Assembly: GCA_008632985.1 (NCBI GenBank)
Contig: QPGO01000115.1
Span: 124,001 to 188,000, forward strand
Origin: Psammoneis japonica
Lineage: Eukaryota
Direction: 5' to 3'
Length of the DNA stretch: 64,000 bases
Positions 34,306 through 46,404 of this stretch are shown in pieces. The notes below the pieces were generated by a model. That model had not been told where the DNA came from. It worked only from the letters and a program-made list of their open reading frames with translations, and searched no databases. Each line of letters opens with the position of its first letter. Positions within the stretch are counted from its first letter, which is position 1. Made by a program: the position numbers and the translations under genes.

Positions 34306-37137
34306 ATGACGGCCAAAAACCTCTTGTCGCTACTCTATGACCGGGATGGTCCCAAATTATCAGTACTGGATCAGTTACTGATCCCTGATAAGAAGGAATA
34401 TATCGAGATTCCAAACGTTGAGGCGGCATGGGCCGTGATTCGGTCGATGCAGATTAGGGGTGTGTTGTTGATGCGTTGAGAAGCAAGATTCCGTATCTAT
34501 GCTGATCATATTATTATTCGGACATGAAGGTTTTATTCACTGTCACTTTTTTCGGCTCACATTTTTCTTTCTTTCCTCTCTGTTTTGAAACGACACCAGG
34601 AGCTCCTTTAATCGCCATGGTGGCGTGCCTCGGGCTTTCGGTTGACCTTAACGCTAATCAAAAAACAATAAGTGAAATGGATGCCTTGGATGCTAACGAT
34701 TCAGACGTCATTATGGCCTACATTGAGAAAAAGATGGAGTACCTTGCCACATCTCGTCCAACAGCGGTAAATCTTTTTAACGCATTAAAAGAACTCAAGG
34801 ATGCTCTTTTAAAAGTCAAGGATGATGTATCGTCTGATGAACCGCCCACAACGGCAAGAGATCGCATGTGTACGACTGTCGCAACTCACGCGGAATATAT
34901 GCTTCGGCGCGATGTAAGCGACAATGAAGCGATTGGTCGGTTTGGTGCGGACGAGATTTTGAGCAGACTGGACGATCCGGATGCCAATGTACGCATGATG
35001 ACCATTTGCAACACGGGAAGCCTAGCGACGGCAGGTTTCGGAACAGCCTTGGGTGTCGCGAGAGCCTTGCAGAAACGGAATCGCCTCGCCAGCATTACCG
35101 CTTTGGAGACTCGTCCCTACAATCAAGGATCCAGGCTGACAGCATTTGAGATTGTTCAAGAAAACATGCCGGGAGGAACACTTATTTGTGACTCGGCGGC
35201 TGCCACCTTGATGAAAACAAAGGGAGTCGACGCTGTCGTGGTTGGGGCAGATCGGGTTTGCGCCAATGGCGACACGGCCAACAAGGTCGGGACCTACAGC
35301 CTCGCCATTGCAGCTGCCAGTCACGGCGTGCCCTTCTTTGTCGCGTCTCCCTTTACAACACTCGATACGTCACTCAAGTCGGGTGATGACGTTGAAATCG
35401 AAGAGCGTCCTGCCAAAGAGCTGCTTCAGTCTTCACGTGCGCCGTCGTCCATTGGTGTTTGGAACCCAGGTTTCGACGTGACTCCAGCTCGGTTTATTTC
35501 TGGAATCATTACGGAAAAGGGAGTGATTGAACAAGACGAAGATGGAACTATTGACGTTGCCGCCTTTGTGTAAGTGGTTTCTAAGTTGCTCTGTGCATTC
35601 ATTGGGCTTGAGCATCGCTGACAAGCTCTTTCTGTTTGTGATTCTTTCAGCGAAAAGTTCAAGGACAAGCCTACCGCCAAGCCAAGGTTGCTTCGACGCC
35701 TAAGCAGTATGATTATACCAATCGATTACACGGAACAGTCCGTTTATACTCTTCCCATCTACCTATCTCGAACGGCGCCGGCTGTCTTGAGAATCTTGGA
35801 AGCCACGTCTTCCGCAGATATTGAATGTACAGAGATGGGTGATGGCAACCTTGATGGTGTTTTTCTCGTTAGAAATACTCACAACGACAAGAAGGCTGTC
35901 GTCAAACAGGTATGTGGACGACATTGTGGAGAATTTTTTTCTCTTCAGCAATGTCTTTTTTCAACCATCATATTCCTTCTATTTTAGGCGCTGCCGTACG
36001 TCAGGCGACTTACCGAGCCAACTCCCATGAGTCCAGACAGAGCGTGGCACGAGTACAAAGCACTCGCGGCGTTCAAAGAGGTCTGTCCAGACTTTATCCC
36101 GGAAGTGTATTTCTTCTCGAAAGCGAATGCTTTGCTGGTGATGGAATTTATACCACCGCCTACAATGACACTACGCAAGGGGATGCTTCGCGGAAACAAA
36201 TACAGCACTGTGGCATCGGACATGGGCAGGTTCTGTGCTCAGTCACTCTTTCGAACTTCTGGGTTCAAGCTAAAAGAGACTGATTTGAGGAATGAAGTGG
36301 AATTTTGGAGTTCAAACGCGGAAATGTGTGGATTGACCGAACGGGCGGTGTTTACCGAACCGTACACGTCGGTAAGTCTTGGGTTATTCTATGCGTACTT
36401 TCCTTCGGCATTCGTTCGAAGCCTTAACGATCTTCAAACAATTTTTCTGTTGCCCGTCTTTGACGCAGTCTCCAAACAATCAATGGACATCGCCCCAGCT
36501 CGACAGTGACAAGGAAGCTATTGAAAATGACACTGAGCTCAAACTTGCGGTGTTGAAACTCAAAACCAAATTTGTAACCCAAAGTCAGGCATTGCTTCAC
36601 GGAGATTTAAACGCGTCGAGTGTGTTGTGTGCCCCCGAGGCCGGACGGACCCATGTTATTGACACCAAGTTCGCATTCTATGGATCTATGGGTTATGATA
36701 CAGGTGTCTTTGTCGCCAACCTGTTGCTGGCCCAGCTGGCCCAGCATGATAACCCAGACTTTGGTGACTGGATTCTGCAACAGGTTCTAGTTTTCTATAA
36801 GACATTCGAGAGCGAGTTCTTGCAACTCTGGAACGACGAAACAGAACACATTGGCATGTGCTACAGCCGGGATATGATTGAGGACGACGCCGTCATGAAG
36901 TCCTGTCAAGACGAGTTCATGACAGAGCTATTGAGGGATACGCTCGGTTTTTCGGGTGTGACCATCATTCGTCACGTTGTTGGAAATTTGAACGTGGGCG
37001 GGCTAGAAGGTATTGTTGATCAAGACGTCCGCGCAAAGTGTGAACAACGTGCTTTGGAGATGGGCAAGACTCTCATCAAAATGGCTCCCAATGTGAAGTC
37101 CGTCGAAGAGGCATTCGACTTGATCCAAGCAAAGTAA
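34306..37137 (+). CDS. Fused methylthioribose-1-phosphate isomerase (MtnA/MRI1) plus methylthioribose kinase (MtnK)-like domain; introns 34460-34599, 35570-35650, 35910-35987, 36372-36468
   Basis: [56 protein letters not shown] (MtnA); GDGNL, KQALPYVR, LLHGDL, FAFYG (MtnK); all four introns keep frame. Confidence 0.85.
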
Positions 37138-37196
37138 GAGATGGGTTTCATGGTATCGATACAATAAGCCTTATGCGAGTATTGCGTTTCACGATC

Positions 37197-38162
37197 TTAC
37201 ACCCGTCTTCGAGGCGCTCGAAGTCGCAGTGATCTTCGTTCTTCGCCTGCGATCTCTTTTTGTACGGGCTCGCTTTCTTCTTTTTCATGGCTTTCTTTTG
37301 GTGGCTCTTCACTTGCGTCACCTTTCTCCTCCTTCCCTTCTTCTGGAGGTTTCTCTTCTTCCGTGTTTTCCTCGTGGTCGCTTTCTGATTCATCTTTAGA
37401 CTCTTTCGGCTCGGAACTCAACGTTTCATCTTCTATTGTCTTTTCATCCTTTGATGCTTTTGTTTCCTTGGCTTCGCCTTCCTTGTCACCACTGGCAATG
37501 TCTTCATCAGTCTTTTCTGTTTTCTTTTCAACATCTTCTGCTTCTTCTATCGGCTCTTGTTTCTTTTCTGTTGACGTATCTTGCTTCTCTGCTTCTGGTT
37601 TATCTTCATCTGTATCATTCTGCTGTTCTGCAGCTGCATCAGGAATTTCTTTATCTGTATCGACTAGATCGCCCTCTTGTTCAGTGGCTGCCTTCATGGC
37701 ACCAGCGCTCTCTGCAACTGATTTCAAATCAACTACTTCTTGCTCCTCCATCTGAAAGTCATTCTCACTCGGCAACCCGGGAGGATGATGGGACGTTGTT
37801 TCACTACCCACGATATGATGCAATCCAGAATGCAATCCCAGTATTCGCCGTGTTCCAACATAGACACCCAGAAACAAGGGCATTACAAAAAAGATCACCA
37901 TTGTATACACCATTAGCTTTTTCGGCACTTGCACACGAAAGCCTCGCTTCGCCGTTGCATCCGAGCGATCACGCAAGCTGAAATCCAAGACATTTTGACT
38001 CTGACGGCGCTTTGGAGGCACAGTTGTAGTCGTAGGAGCGGATGACGACGATGAGAGCATGGGACGCATTTCTTCCAAGACCGATGCCGGCATTTTCGAT
38101 AACACACCGCGTCTCAAAGAAGTCATGACGGTCTCACGACCATGACCCTTATTCGATTCCAT
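37197..38162 (-). CDS. Single-pass membrane protein with E/K-rich disordered C-terminus
   Basis: 321-aa ORF; TM segment LMVYTMVIFFVMPLFLGVYV. Confidence 0.65.
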   Translation of the reverse strand: MESNKGHGRETVMTSLRRGVLSKMPASVLEEMRPMLSSSSSAPTTTTVPPKRRQSQNVLDFSLRDRSDATAKRGFRVQVPKKLMVYTMVIFFVMPLFLGVYVGTRRILGLHSGLHHIVGSETTSHHPPGLPSENDFQMEEQEVVDLKSVAESAGAMKAATEQEGDLVDTDKEIPDAAAEQQNDTDEDKPEAEKQDTSTEKKQEPIEEAEDVEKKTEKTDEDIASGDKEGEAKETKASKDEKTIEDETLSSEPKESKDESESDHEENTEEEKPPEEGKEEKGDASEEPPKESHEKEESEPVQKEIAGEERRSLRLRAPRRRV

Positions 38163-38953
38163 GATATTTTCTGCAGCTTTTTTCTTTGCTGTTTTTACAA
38201 ATAACTACCGTCTTCTCACTCTCGTTTCCCTCTTTTTCTCTGTTTGTTTACTCGGGTACGAAGGGAATGCTTACTCTCGCTCAACACTTTGTATGTCGGC
38301 CGCTTCTTCGTCATGGCGAAGGCAAGAAATTCCGCATTGCAGACTTGCCCAGATTGGTTGAGGGCTACCCTGTAGAAATCTACACAGTTCCAGTACGGCA
38401 AAATTATGAGAAGCCCGGCCAGACGAGCCATCTTCTTCCTATCTCGCGCGAAATGTGTGCGAGATCATAAGAGAAACGGTCATAACGGTTTTAACGCCTG
38501 CGATCATATTTGATAGTTCAGTAATGAATAAGTTATAGTAAATCATTCAAAAAGAGTTCACGAGCTGTTCTTATTGCCCTCAAAAACGGCCAACGGCGAC
38601 ACCAGACGCACGCGAGATGGAAGGCGACAGAAGAAGCGGTAACAGCAGCACAATAATAACAGCAACATCTCTTCTTTTGCAACAGACAGCACTCGAGGCA
38701 TTGTGCTGATCATTCTTCTCTCCAAAGAGACAGTCGTCGACACGAGCAAGTGAATGTAGGTTCAAAGGGCGTCGTCGTCGTGCGAGTAACTGCAACGAAT
38801 CAACGTCTGGTCGCGTCTGCACATACATACCGGTAGTTTTTTTGTGTACTGAGTAACCGTTGATTCCACGTGCTTTTTCTCGTCATACCGAAGCTTTGTT
38901 CTCACTGCTTTCCTCTTTGTTTGCGGACAGCCAAAACACCATACAAACGCATC

Positions 38954-39894
38954 ATGAGTGCTACCAAACGAAAAAACGGAAGCAAAGGGGCAAAGGATAC
39001 GGCTAATAAGCCCAAAGCCAAGAGACCGAAACAGGGCTGGACTGGGGCGGTGAGTCGTTCAAAAGTACCATGCCATTTTATGCATGAGAATACAACTCTT
39101 ACACCACTTCTCCGCTCTTATTCGCTCATATAGGAGGATTGTTATCTCAAGTTACTTGTAGAACAGGAGAAAGCAGAGGGAGCCACCTCGTTTAGGTGGT
39201 CCGCTATTGCTTCAAAAATGAAGGGTCGCTCGGGAAAGCAGTGCCGCGAACGGTGGTACAATCAGTTGGACCCTGACAAAAAGAATGGTCCTTGGACCGA
39301 GGAAGAGGACGCTACTCTCTTTATCCTTCAAAAGAAATTGGGTAACCAGTAAGTGTATCGCAGAGAAACATATCCGGGAAACACCATGCTCTTCAAACAC
39401 TAACAACTCCATATTCTTTTTCTCGTACACTCTCAAGGTGGACCGTCATTGGACGTCACTTGCCAGGACGGACTGATAACGACGTCAAGAATAGATGGTA
39501 TTCCGTCATGCGGACTAGAGCCAAGAAGGCTAAGAAGAAATCAAAAGAAGCAGCAAAACGCGCAAAGGCGTCTCTTATAACCAAGAGGAACAGCAACCCC
39601 GTGTTAGCTTTGCATCTTCCACAACAGGCGAATGTCTCGCCAGCACTGAGCAGCCCCGCTTCAACCTTCAAGCATGATCCTCAGAAGAATACCGCGCCAC
39701 AAGCGCCGACCAACCCCGCTTCGACTTTTGAGTATCATCCACAACATGAGAAGACCGCACAAGTGCAGGCCGACTCCGTTTCAACTTTCAAGCATTGTCC
39801 ACAACATGAGACGACGGCACAAGCACTTGCCATATCGCCCCTTCTGATGCTGGCCGATGCCGCCTCCAATACAGCCTTGTCCACAGTCTACTAG
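38954..39894 (+). CDS. R2R3-Myb transcription factor, 3 exons
   Basis: Spliced GWTGAED...WSAIASKMKGRSGKQCRERWYNQLDP..GPWTEEED...[23 protein letters not shown]. Confidence 0.9.
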
Positions 39895-40137
39895 AGAGCT
39901 CAGCTGCACCACTACAAGAAGTTCGGCTTTTACGTGCAAAAACCCAAGCCGAGCTATGGTTTCTGTTGGTGTTCTCGAATTGTGGAGGGGATCATAATTG
40001 CGTTTCATTTTTTGTTTAGTTAGGTATCAACCGAGAGAGGTTCTCTAGTGAGTAGAACTGGAAGATATATCGGGCGCTTATGTCGAGGCGCTCGATTTTC
40101 CACAGTATGAGGGAATTATATTATTTAGAAACACTCT

Positions 40138-40553
40138 GACGCATACTTTAGCTTATGCTCTCATATTATATATTCCAAGACATACAAGGTACTTTGCTTC
40201 CGCTTGAGAGCTGGCTCGAATTGTCGAGGAAAATCGATCAATAGCTCCGCAGATTAGGTAGCAGGCCAAAAGACATGCGAGAGGCTAGGGAAAAGCGTGA
40301 GGAAATCAAGGGCTAGTTCGACACGAAGGGATTCTAACGGCGTGAAAAAGAATGTTTAACATGTACTTCGACGCAAACTTATTGCTTTCGCTCTGCTCTT
40401 TTACTCAATGAGCAAGGTGCTCTGCTTCCGTCCTTGAATTTACTTGGCCAAGGGAAGGAGGACATCGACGTTGCCCAATTGTTCGTGAACCATAAGAGCA
40501 AGGATACCCATCATCAAATTCGTCCCCGCCAAAGTCAATAGCTCTGTTGCGGT
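40138..40553 (-). pseudogene. Truncated tandem copy of the Lhcf 3' end and 3' UTR
   Basis: Colinear with 40581-41066; lacks parent bases 40969-41024. Confidence 0.9.
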
Positions 40554-40896
40554 TGAGGGAAATAAAATAAGAAACAATTTGACGCATGCTTCAGCTTACG
40601 ATCTCATATATTGTATTCCAAGACATGTCAGGTACTTCGCTTCCGTTTGAGTGATGGCTCGACTTTTTGAGGAAAAGTCGATCAAAGCTCCGCAGATTAG
40701 GTAGCAGGCCAAAAGATTGCGAGTAGCTATCAACTTGAGGCTAGAGAAAAGCGTGGGGGAATCAAGGGCTAGTTCGAGACGAAGGGATTCTAACTGCATG
40801 AAAAAGAATGTTTAACATGTAGTTCGACGCAATCTTATAGCTAACGCTCTGCTCTCTTGTTCAATGAGCAAGGTACTATGGCTTCCGTTCTTGAAT

Positions 40897-41499
40897 TTAC
40901 TTTGCCAATGGAAGGAGGACATCGACGTTGCCCAATTGTTCGTGAACCATAAGAGCAAGGATACCCATTTGAGCTGCTCTGCCGTTGTTGAGCTCGATGG
41001 CGCGCTTCTTCAGCTTGGTGGCATCATCAAATTCGTCCCATCCAAAGTCAATAGCTCCGTTGCGGTAGTCACCTGGGAACTCGGCCTTTCCGTAGACATC
41101 CTTCATGAAGCACAATTCCAAGATTCCGATAGTGGCAATTACGTGGGCCATGTTGATCTTGGCCATCTCGTCCCAGGTGGAAGGGTTCAAGGCGGCAAGA
41201 CCACAAGGCATGCTCTCCATACCGAATGTTCGGACACCGGCGTAAGTGGTCAAATAACCAACGACACCAAGCATGGCAATTCTTCCATGTTTGATCTCAA
41301 CTTCACGAAGACGATCGAATCTGCCTTGGTCCTCGGCTCCGAGCATACCCAGGGGATCGAAGAAACCCAAAGGAATTTGAACGCCAACCTCATCAGCGAA
41401 TTTGTTGGCCGAAAGAGAGGTGCGTGCTTGTTGCTGCTGCGAAGGAGCAAAAGCAGCCGCAGAGGCGGCAAGAAGGGAAGTGATAAAGACAGTCTTCAT
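40897..41499 (-). CDS. Fucoxanthin-chlorophyll a/c binding protein (Lhcf/FCP)
   Basis: AAAFAP targeting motif; PLGFFDPLG; EIKHGRIAMLG; ELNNGRAAQMGILALMVHE. Confidence 0.96.
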   Translation of the reverse strand: MKTVFITSLLAASAAAFAPSQQQQARTSLSANKFADEVGVQIPLGFFDPLGMLGAEDQGRFDRLREVEIKHGRIAMLGVVGYLTTYAGVRTFGMESMPCGLAALNPSTWDEMAKINMAHVIATIGILELCFMKDVYGKAEFPGDYRNGAIDFGWDEFDDATKLKKRAIELNNGRAAQMGILALMVHEQLGNVDVLLPLAK

Positions 41500-41504
41500 G
41501 TTTC

Positions 41505-42510
41505 AACGTTTTGGAAGTGGTACCTTGCAAATTGTGGCGTGCTATTGGAGGGAAGCTACTGTAGTGTCTCTGGTCTCTGGTGACACAAGCCTTGTCGCGA
41601 TCTTCGAGTTGTTGGCAACTGCAACAAGAGATCTCGGATCTCGGGTTTCGTTTGAACTGCAACTGTATCTCTGGTGACGTGAGTCGTGCATTACGTCATT
41701 CGTGATTGGGTCGCGGAGCCTCGACAGGTCGCCAACCGCCCGACCATGACGCAACCCCGACGGGCCACACCTCGCAACTGCGTAAGAATTTGCATTATAA
41801 ACGAATGTGTTGTCAGAATGGTGACAACTGAAGTGAAATGGACACAAGCAAAGTTGACTTTTTCTGGCACCTCCCATGACTGCGAGCAGCCAGTGTCGTG
41901 CCTTGCTGCTGTTGTGCCGCGCTTGATGTCGACACATTTCTCACACAGTTCATCCTGTTGTTGATTGCCCTCATGCAGGACTCTGTCACAGATGGCAACT
42001 AAATCTTCCCTGGCATGAAATTCTGGCACTCTGTCCACCGGCCAGGGGGTGCTTTGCCTCTTCTTGTGCCAAACAAGATCTCATCTACAAAATGTCTCTT
42101 TCTCTTTTCTTGTGCACACAAGGGTGAAAACAACCAGCTCACATGAAGCTCACTTCTTGCAAGGTTGACCACAATGTCTGTGGGTGATCTGTCAATGAAA
42201 GAGTTGCCTGAACCTGCAGCCCTCACATGCCATCTGATTTCTTGTTGCCTGACAAGGCACAAGCTTGTTGCTTGTGCTCTGCAGCAGAGCAGCCAGGAGC
42301 GCTCTCCAACAAGAGAGCAGTGTGCATGACAGCCCCTTCCCAACAATGGCTCAAGAACCCCTCAAGCTGGAATGCTGCCAACAACAAAAAATGTGCTGTG
42401 TGTGTGTCGCTGTGCCATGCTGGGACAACCAGGCAGGAGGGTGTCTCATCGTCTCAGGTGCCGCAGCTGCACCAGCGTGGCAAACTTTGAGCTGCTCCAC
42501 AAACAACAAA
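41505..42510 (+). repeat. Left copy of direct repeat (Lhcf upstream region), interrupted by ~440 bp extra sequence
   Basis: 41505-41840 and 42283-42510 align with 55913-56445, e.g. TTGGCAACTGCAACAAGAGAT, GAATGTGTTGTCAGAAT, CCCCTCAAGCTGG. Confidence 0.85.
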
Positions 42511-44329
42511 CCACCTTTTCATCTTTGCTGAGAAATCACTTTTCAAACAAGAAGCAAGCAAAACAACACTGCACTTGTGCAAGTGGCCTGACCCGCTCTC
42601 ACAAATTGTTGCTGCAGCAGGTGCCCAGCTTTTTTGTCACAAGCGATGGTTGTTTGTTGAAAAATTGTCAATGTGGTTGCTCCCAGCAAAAGAAGAGAAA
42701 TTGCACATTGCACCAGCCAAATGACAGCACTGGTTGACAAAGTGAGTGTTTCTGCAAAGCTTGTGACTGAGTGCACCAAAACAAAACTGCCAAAAATTGT
42801 GCAGACCCCCTCACTTTTTTCCATGCCAAGATTGGTCACTTCTCTTGAGCTGTTTTCAAAGCAAATGGAGTGCATGTGACATTTGCTTTGGGTGGTTCAA
42901 CAATGCATCAATGCAGCTGAGTGAAAGGGGGGGGGGTTGACAGCAAACAGGAAAAAAATCTTCCTCCCTCACTCAAACCAAAGACGGCCATGATTCCATC
43001 CTTTCTTGGGCAAAGCAGAGGCTTTCACACTCTGCTCTCCTGCTCTTGCTCTGGTGGAGGGAGTGGAGCACTCATTGCCACAGAGAGAACAAGCATGTGG
43101 AAGGAATCACAGCGTTTGCTTGTTCATGTTTAATTGACCTCATAAATTGTGCAAAAAAATGCATCAATTCATGAGCTCAATTTCCAAACAAAAATGCCCC
43201 TCTGTTTTGAACCTCATTTTTTTATTTTCTGTGTCCTTCATCACCATGCCATGAGCTTGATCACCACTTTTGGGGTGCACTCCCAGCCTTGCCGATTGGT
43301 GGCAAAAGGAGACAGGTTGATGAGATCAAAATGAAATGAAATAAAATGAAATGAGGTGAAGGAGGATGAGGTGGATTGTGGCAATCCAAATGAGACATGT
43401 TGGCAATCAGATTGGTCCAACAAAAACAATCAAATGCTTGATCATAAAAACTCATGCAAGAAATGCATGAAACACAAATGCACAAATGAACACCAAGTGA
43501 CACCAACAACTGTGCTGGTGTGTGTGTCCATGGTGATTGAAGCAAATTCTTTGCAGCATGCGGTGAGTCAAGCTGCGCGCATTTCTGTGCAGAACGGCAT
43601 GTTGCATTTCTGATTTTTTTCTCAATGTCATCAAAAGACACTCCTCTCTTTGTTCAAATGACAGGACCTCAGATTGACAATGCCAACTCACTGGAAGAAG
43701 GCTCCTGATGTGTGCAGATGCCAGCTGTGTTGGGGGGGTGGCAAGCATTCTCTGCTGGATTCATGCACTGCAAAAGGCTGGAACCTGGCACAAGTGCTGT
43801 GCAACAGCTCTCAATGAGCTCTCCTGCTGGGTCACAAGACGCTGTAGAGCATCTCTCAACTGCTTGCTTTTGGTGCCCAAAACAGTCTTACAATTTTCCC
43901 TTTTTGACATTTTGTTCACCCCTTCCACCCAGTTCTTCAAGGCACAGCACGCACCACTCTTCTCTCTGCACCCCGGCTCTTGCCCACCCCTCTCTGGCTT
44001 TCTTTTGCTTGTTGTTCTTGCTCTGCCTTTTGTTGCAGCCACTGGTGCTGTTGCCAGACGCTCTGTTTCTGCACAAGCTCCTTTTCTGCATGTTGCACTT
44101 TGCTTCACATGTTGTTCCTTGTCCTTGAGAGGAGCTGCCTTTGGCATGGTGACAGGCGCTTGTGCAGTTGTCAGTTCTCTCCCCACTTTAACATCCAGGT
44201 CACTTTTGCAAGCTGACGACTGACTCTCGAACTCCCACTTTGCTTGAGTTGAGTTGCTCAAAACCTGCTGCCACAAAAAATGCCAAAACCTTGCACAGGC
44301 TGCAAAGATTGACAGGATGATGTCTCTGT

Positions 44330-44700
44330 GGCAAAAGAAGCGCAAATTTCCCCAGTTTCAAGAGTTGGGAATGGACGTGTGTGACATCAACAACAAGATT
44401 TGCAGAGACAACAGCAAGTTTATGACAGAGTGTGTCGACAACAACACAAACATGCTCTTTGCATGCCCGCCCCAATTGGGCAAGACAACGCTCCTGTCGC
44501 TGGCAGAGCTCCTCCTCAGCAACACAGAAACCGCTCCTGCCGGGCTAGAATCACACACACCAGATGATGTTGAGAATTCCTGGCATGTGGTTTCCATTGG
44601 TTTCAGAGATGTTGGGTTTGCCGGCGGCCGAAGGAGCGTGGGAAGAGCAGGTGCCAGCGCAGTCGATAAAAAATTCACAACACAGTCCAGCTTCGTGTCT
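44330..44700 (+). pseudogene. Degenerate AAA-ATPase-like (P-loop) gene fragment
   Basis: ICRDNSKF...LFACPPQLGKTTLLS resembles the YxDxT..F.RPRRFGKS motif of the AAA-ATPase-like family. Confidence 0.45.
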
Positions 44701-46404
44701 TGAGTTTCCTGTCAATGCACACAGGCACAAAAAAGCATTTTGAGACGAGTTTGAATTTGTTGGGGGGTTCAATGTACGACATGGATGCAGGAGAAATGAT
44801 CCGTTTGCTGTCTGAATCAATTGCACACGTGCATTTGAGAGTGATCCACTGTCTGCACAGGAGTGACCCTCTCCACTGATGCCCCCCCCCNCTTCTCCTG
44901 CACACACACACACACACACACACTGGGAGAATCAAAAGCCTGGTAAAAACAGGATTGAAGATCTTCTGGTGCAAGAGAGAAGTGGTGAGAGTCATGACTG
45001 CCAGATGGACAGACAGCAAAACAGAAACAATGTGTCCATTTTTGCGTCCGACACCATGCAGTCATCCACTCGTTAAACCAATCAATTGCATCGCCAACAA
45101 TTGACAGACTGGGAGATTGCTCAGAGCATGAGTGGGCAGCAAATCGGGAGGTCTGCCGGGATGATGCCAGAGTGCACTGTCGGGAGGCCGTCCAGACCCA
45201 GTCCAATCCAAGAGGAAATCAGGTGGGTGACTGGAGCAGCACCAATTTGGCAGCAGCAAGTTGCCAGAGAGCAGCCAAGGTGACAGCTGACAACAACTCC
45301 AAGCAGTGCAACCCCCCCACAATGGGAGGCTTGCAACATTGGCAGGGTTGAGGCCAGCAGAATCCGAGACAATTGACTTCCCAGAAAAGTCAACAGATTC
45401 ATTTGCCTTGTTCGTGGTGTGCAGAGAAGCCATCTGCATGTGGTGCACAGATGGAAGCTTGTGCCGTGCAACAATTTGATGAGCATCAAGGGAGTGCATT
45501 TTGATTGAACCAATTGCTTGTTCACAATGCACACTGTTGCTGCTCGGTCAACAGCAACACCAGCTTTCTTGTGCTCAATTGGCTTGCCAAGTTTGTCCAA
45601 AGCAATCTTAAAAACAGCCAATGGGTCAGTCTTGACAATTCTCAGAAAAAGAACAAGGGTCAACTGGTGGAGTGGTCACCAACAGAGTGGCAGCATGGGT
45701 GGGGGCATCAACTTGGCATGAGAAATTCTGGGCCCACGTGCATCCGTGGCTGGACGAGGTGGTGACAGCCTTCTGGGAGCATTGGAAGCATTGGAGGCTG
45801 GAATGTGGGCAAGTTCCAGGTCAATGGTGGTGGTGGCAGCAGATGGAGTTGTTGCTGTTGGGTGCAACTCAATGACAGGGCAAGTTGTGTCATGTGCAGT
45901 GGCAATCGCGGCGGATGGAGCAGATGTGGCTGAGGGTCCGCATGGGGTGTCGGCTGCAGCTGCAATCAGCAAATTGCCATCTTGAGCTGGTGCCTGGGAC
46001 AGAGCTGCCTCAACGATAATTTTGCTCGCCAGAATGACACCGTCGTCAAATGGGTGCCATTCACGGGGGCCATCACAATGTTTCATTGCGCTCAAAGAAA
46101 TCAACTGCACACGGGGCAGTTGATGTTGGATCTTTGATGGCGCACATCACGCAGGATTGCTGCGCAAGCAGAGTGTGTGCCATGCCACACGCGAAACGTT
46201 GGTTGATGATGCCAACAAAAGCGATGAGAGGAGAATGATGATGAGTGCACCGTTTGCGCCGATGGAGCGAAAGTGTTTGCATTGAAAATGCTCACTGCCG
46301 GTGTCGACAATGACGTGCTGAAGGTGTTTTGTTGTTTTGCGATGTGGCATGGCCCCTCCTCGCACTGAGCCAAAGCGAGGCTCACAACCTGAGAGTGATG
46401 CACT

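Noticed and set aside
40864..41583. 239-aa plus-strand ORF
   Set aside because: Antisense shadow of Lhcf
44882..44923. Poly-C with N and (CA)n tract
   Set aside because: Ordinary microsatellite with an ambiguous base call
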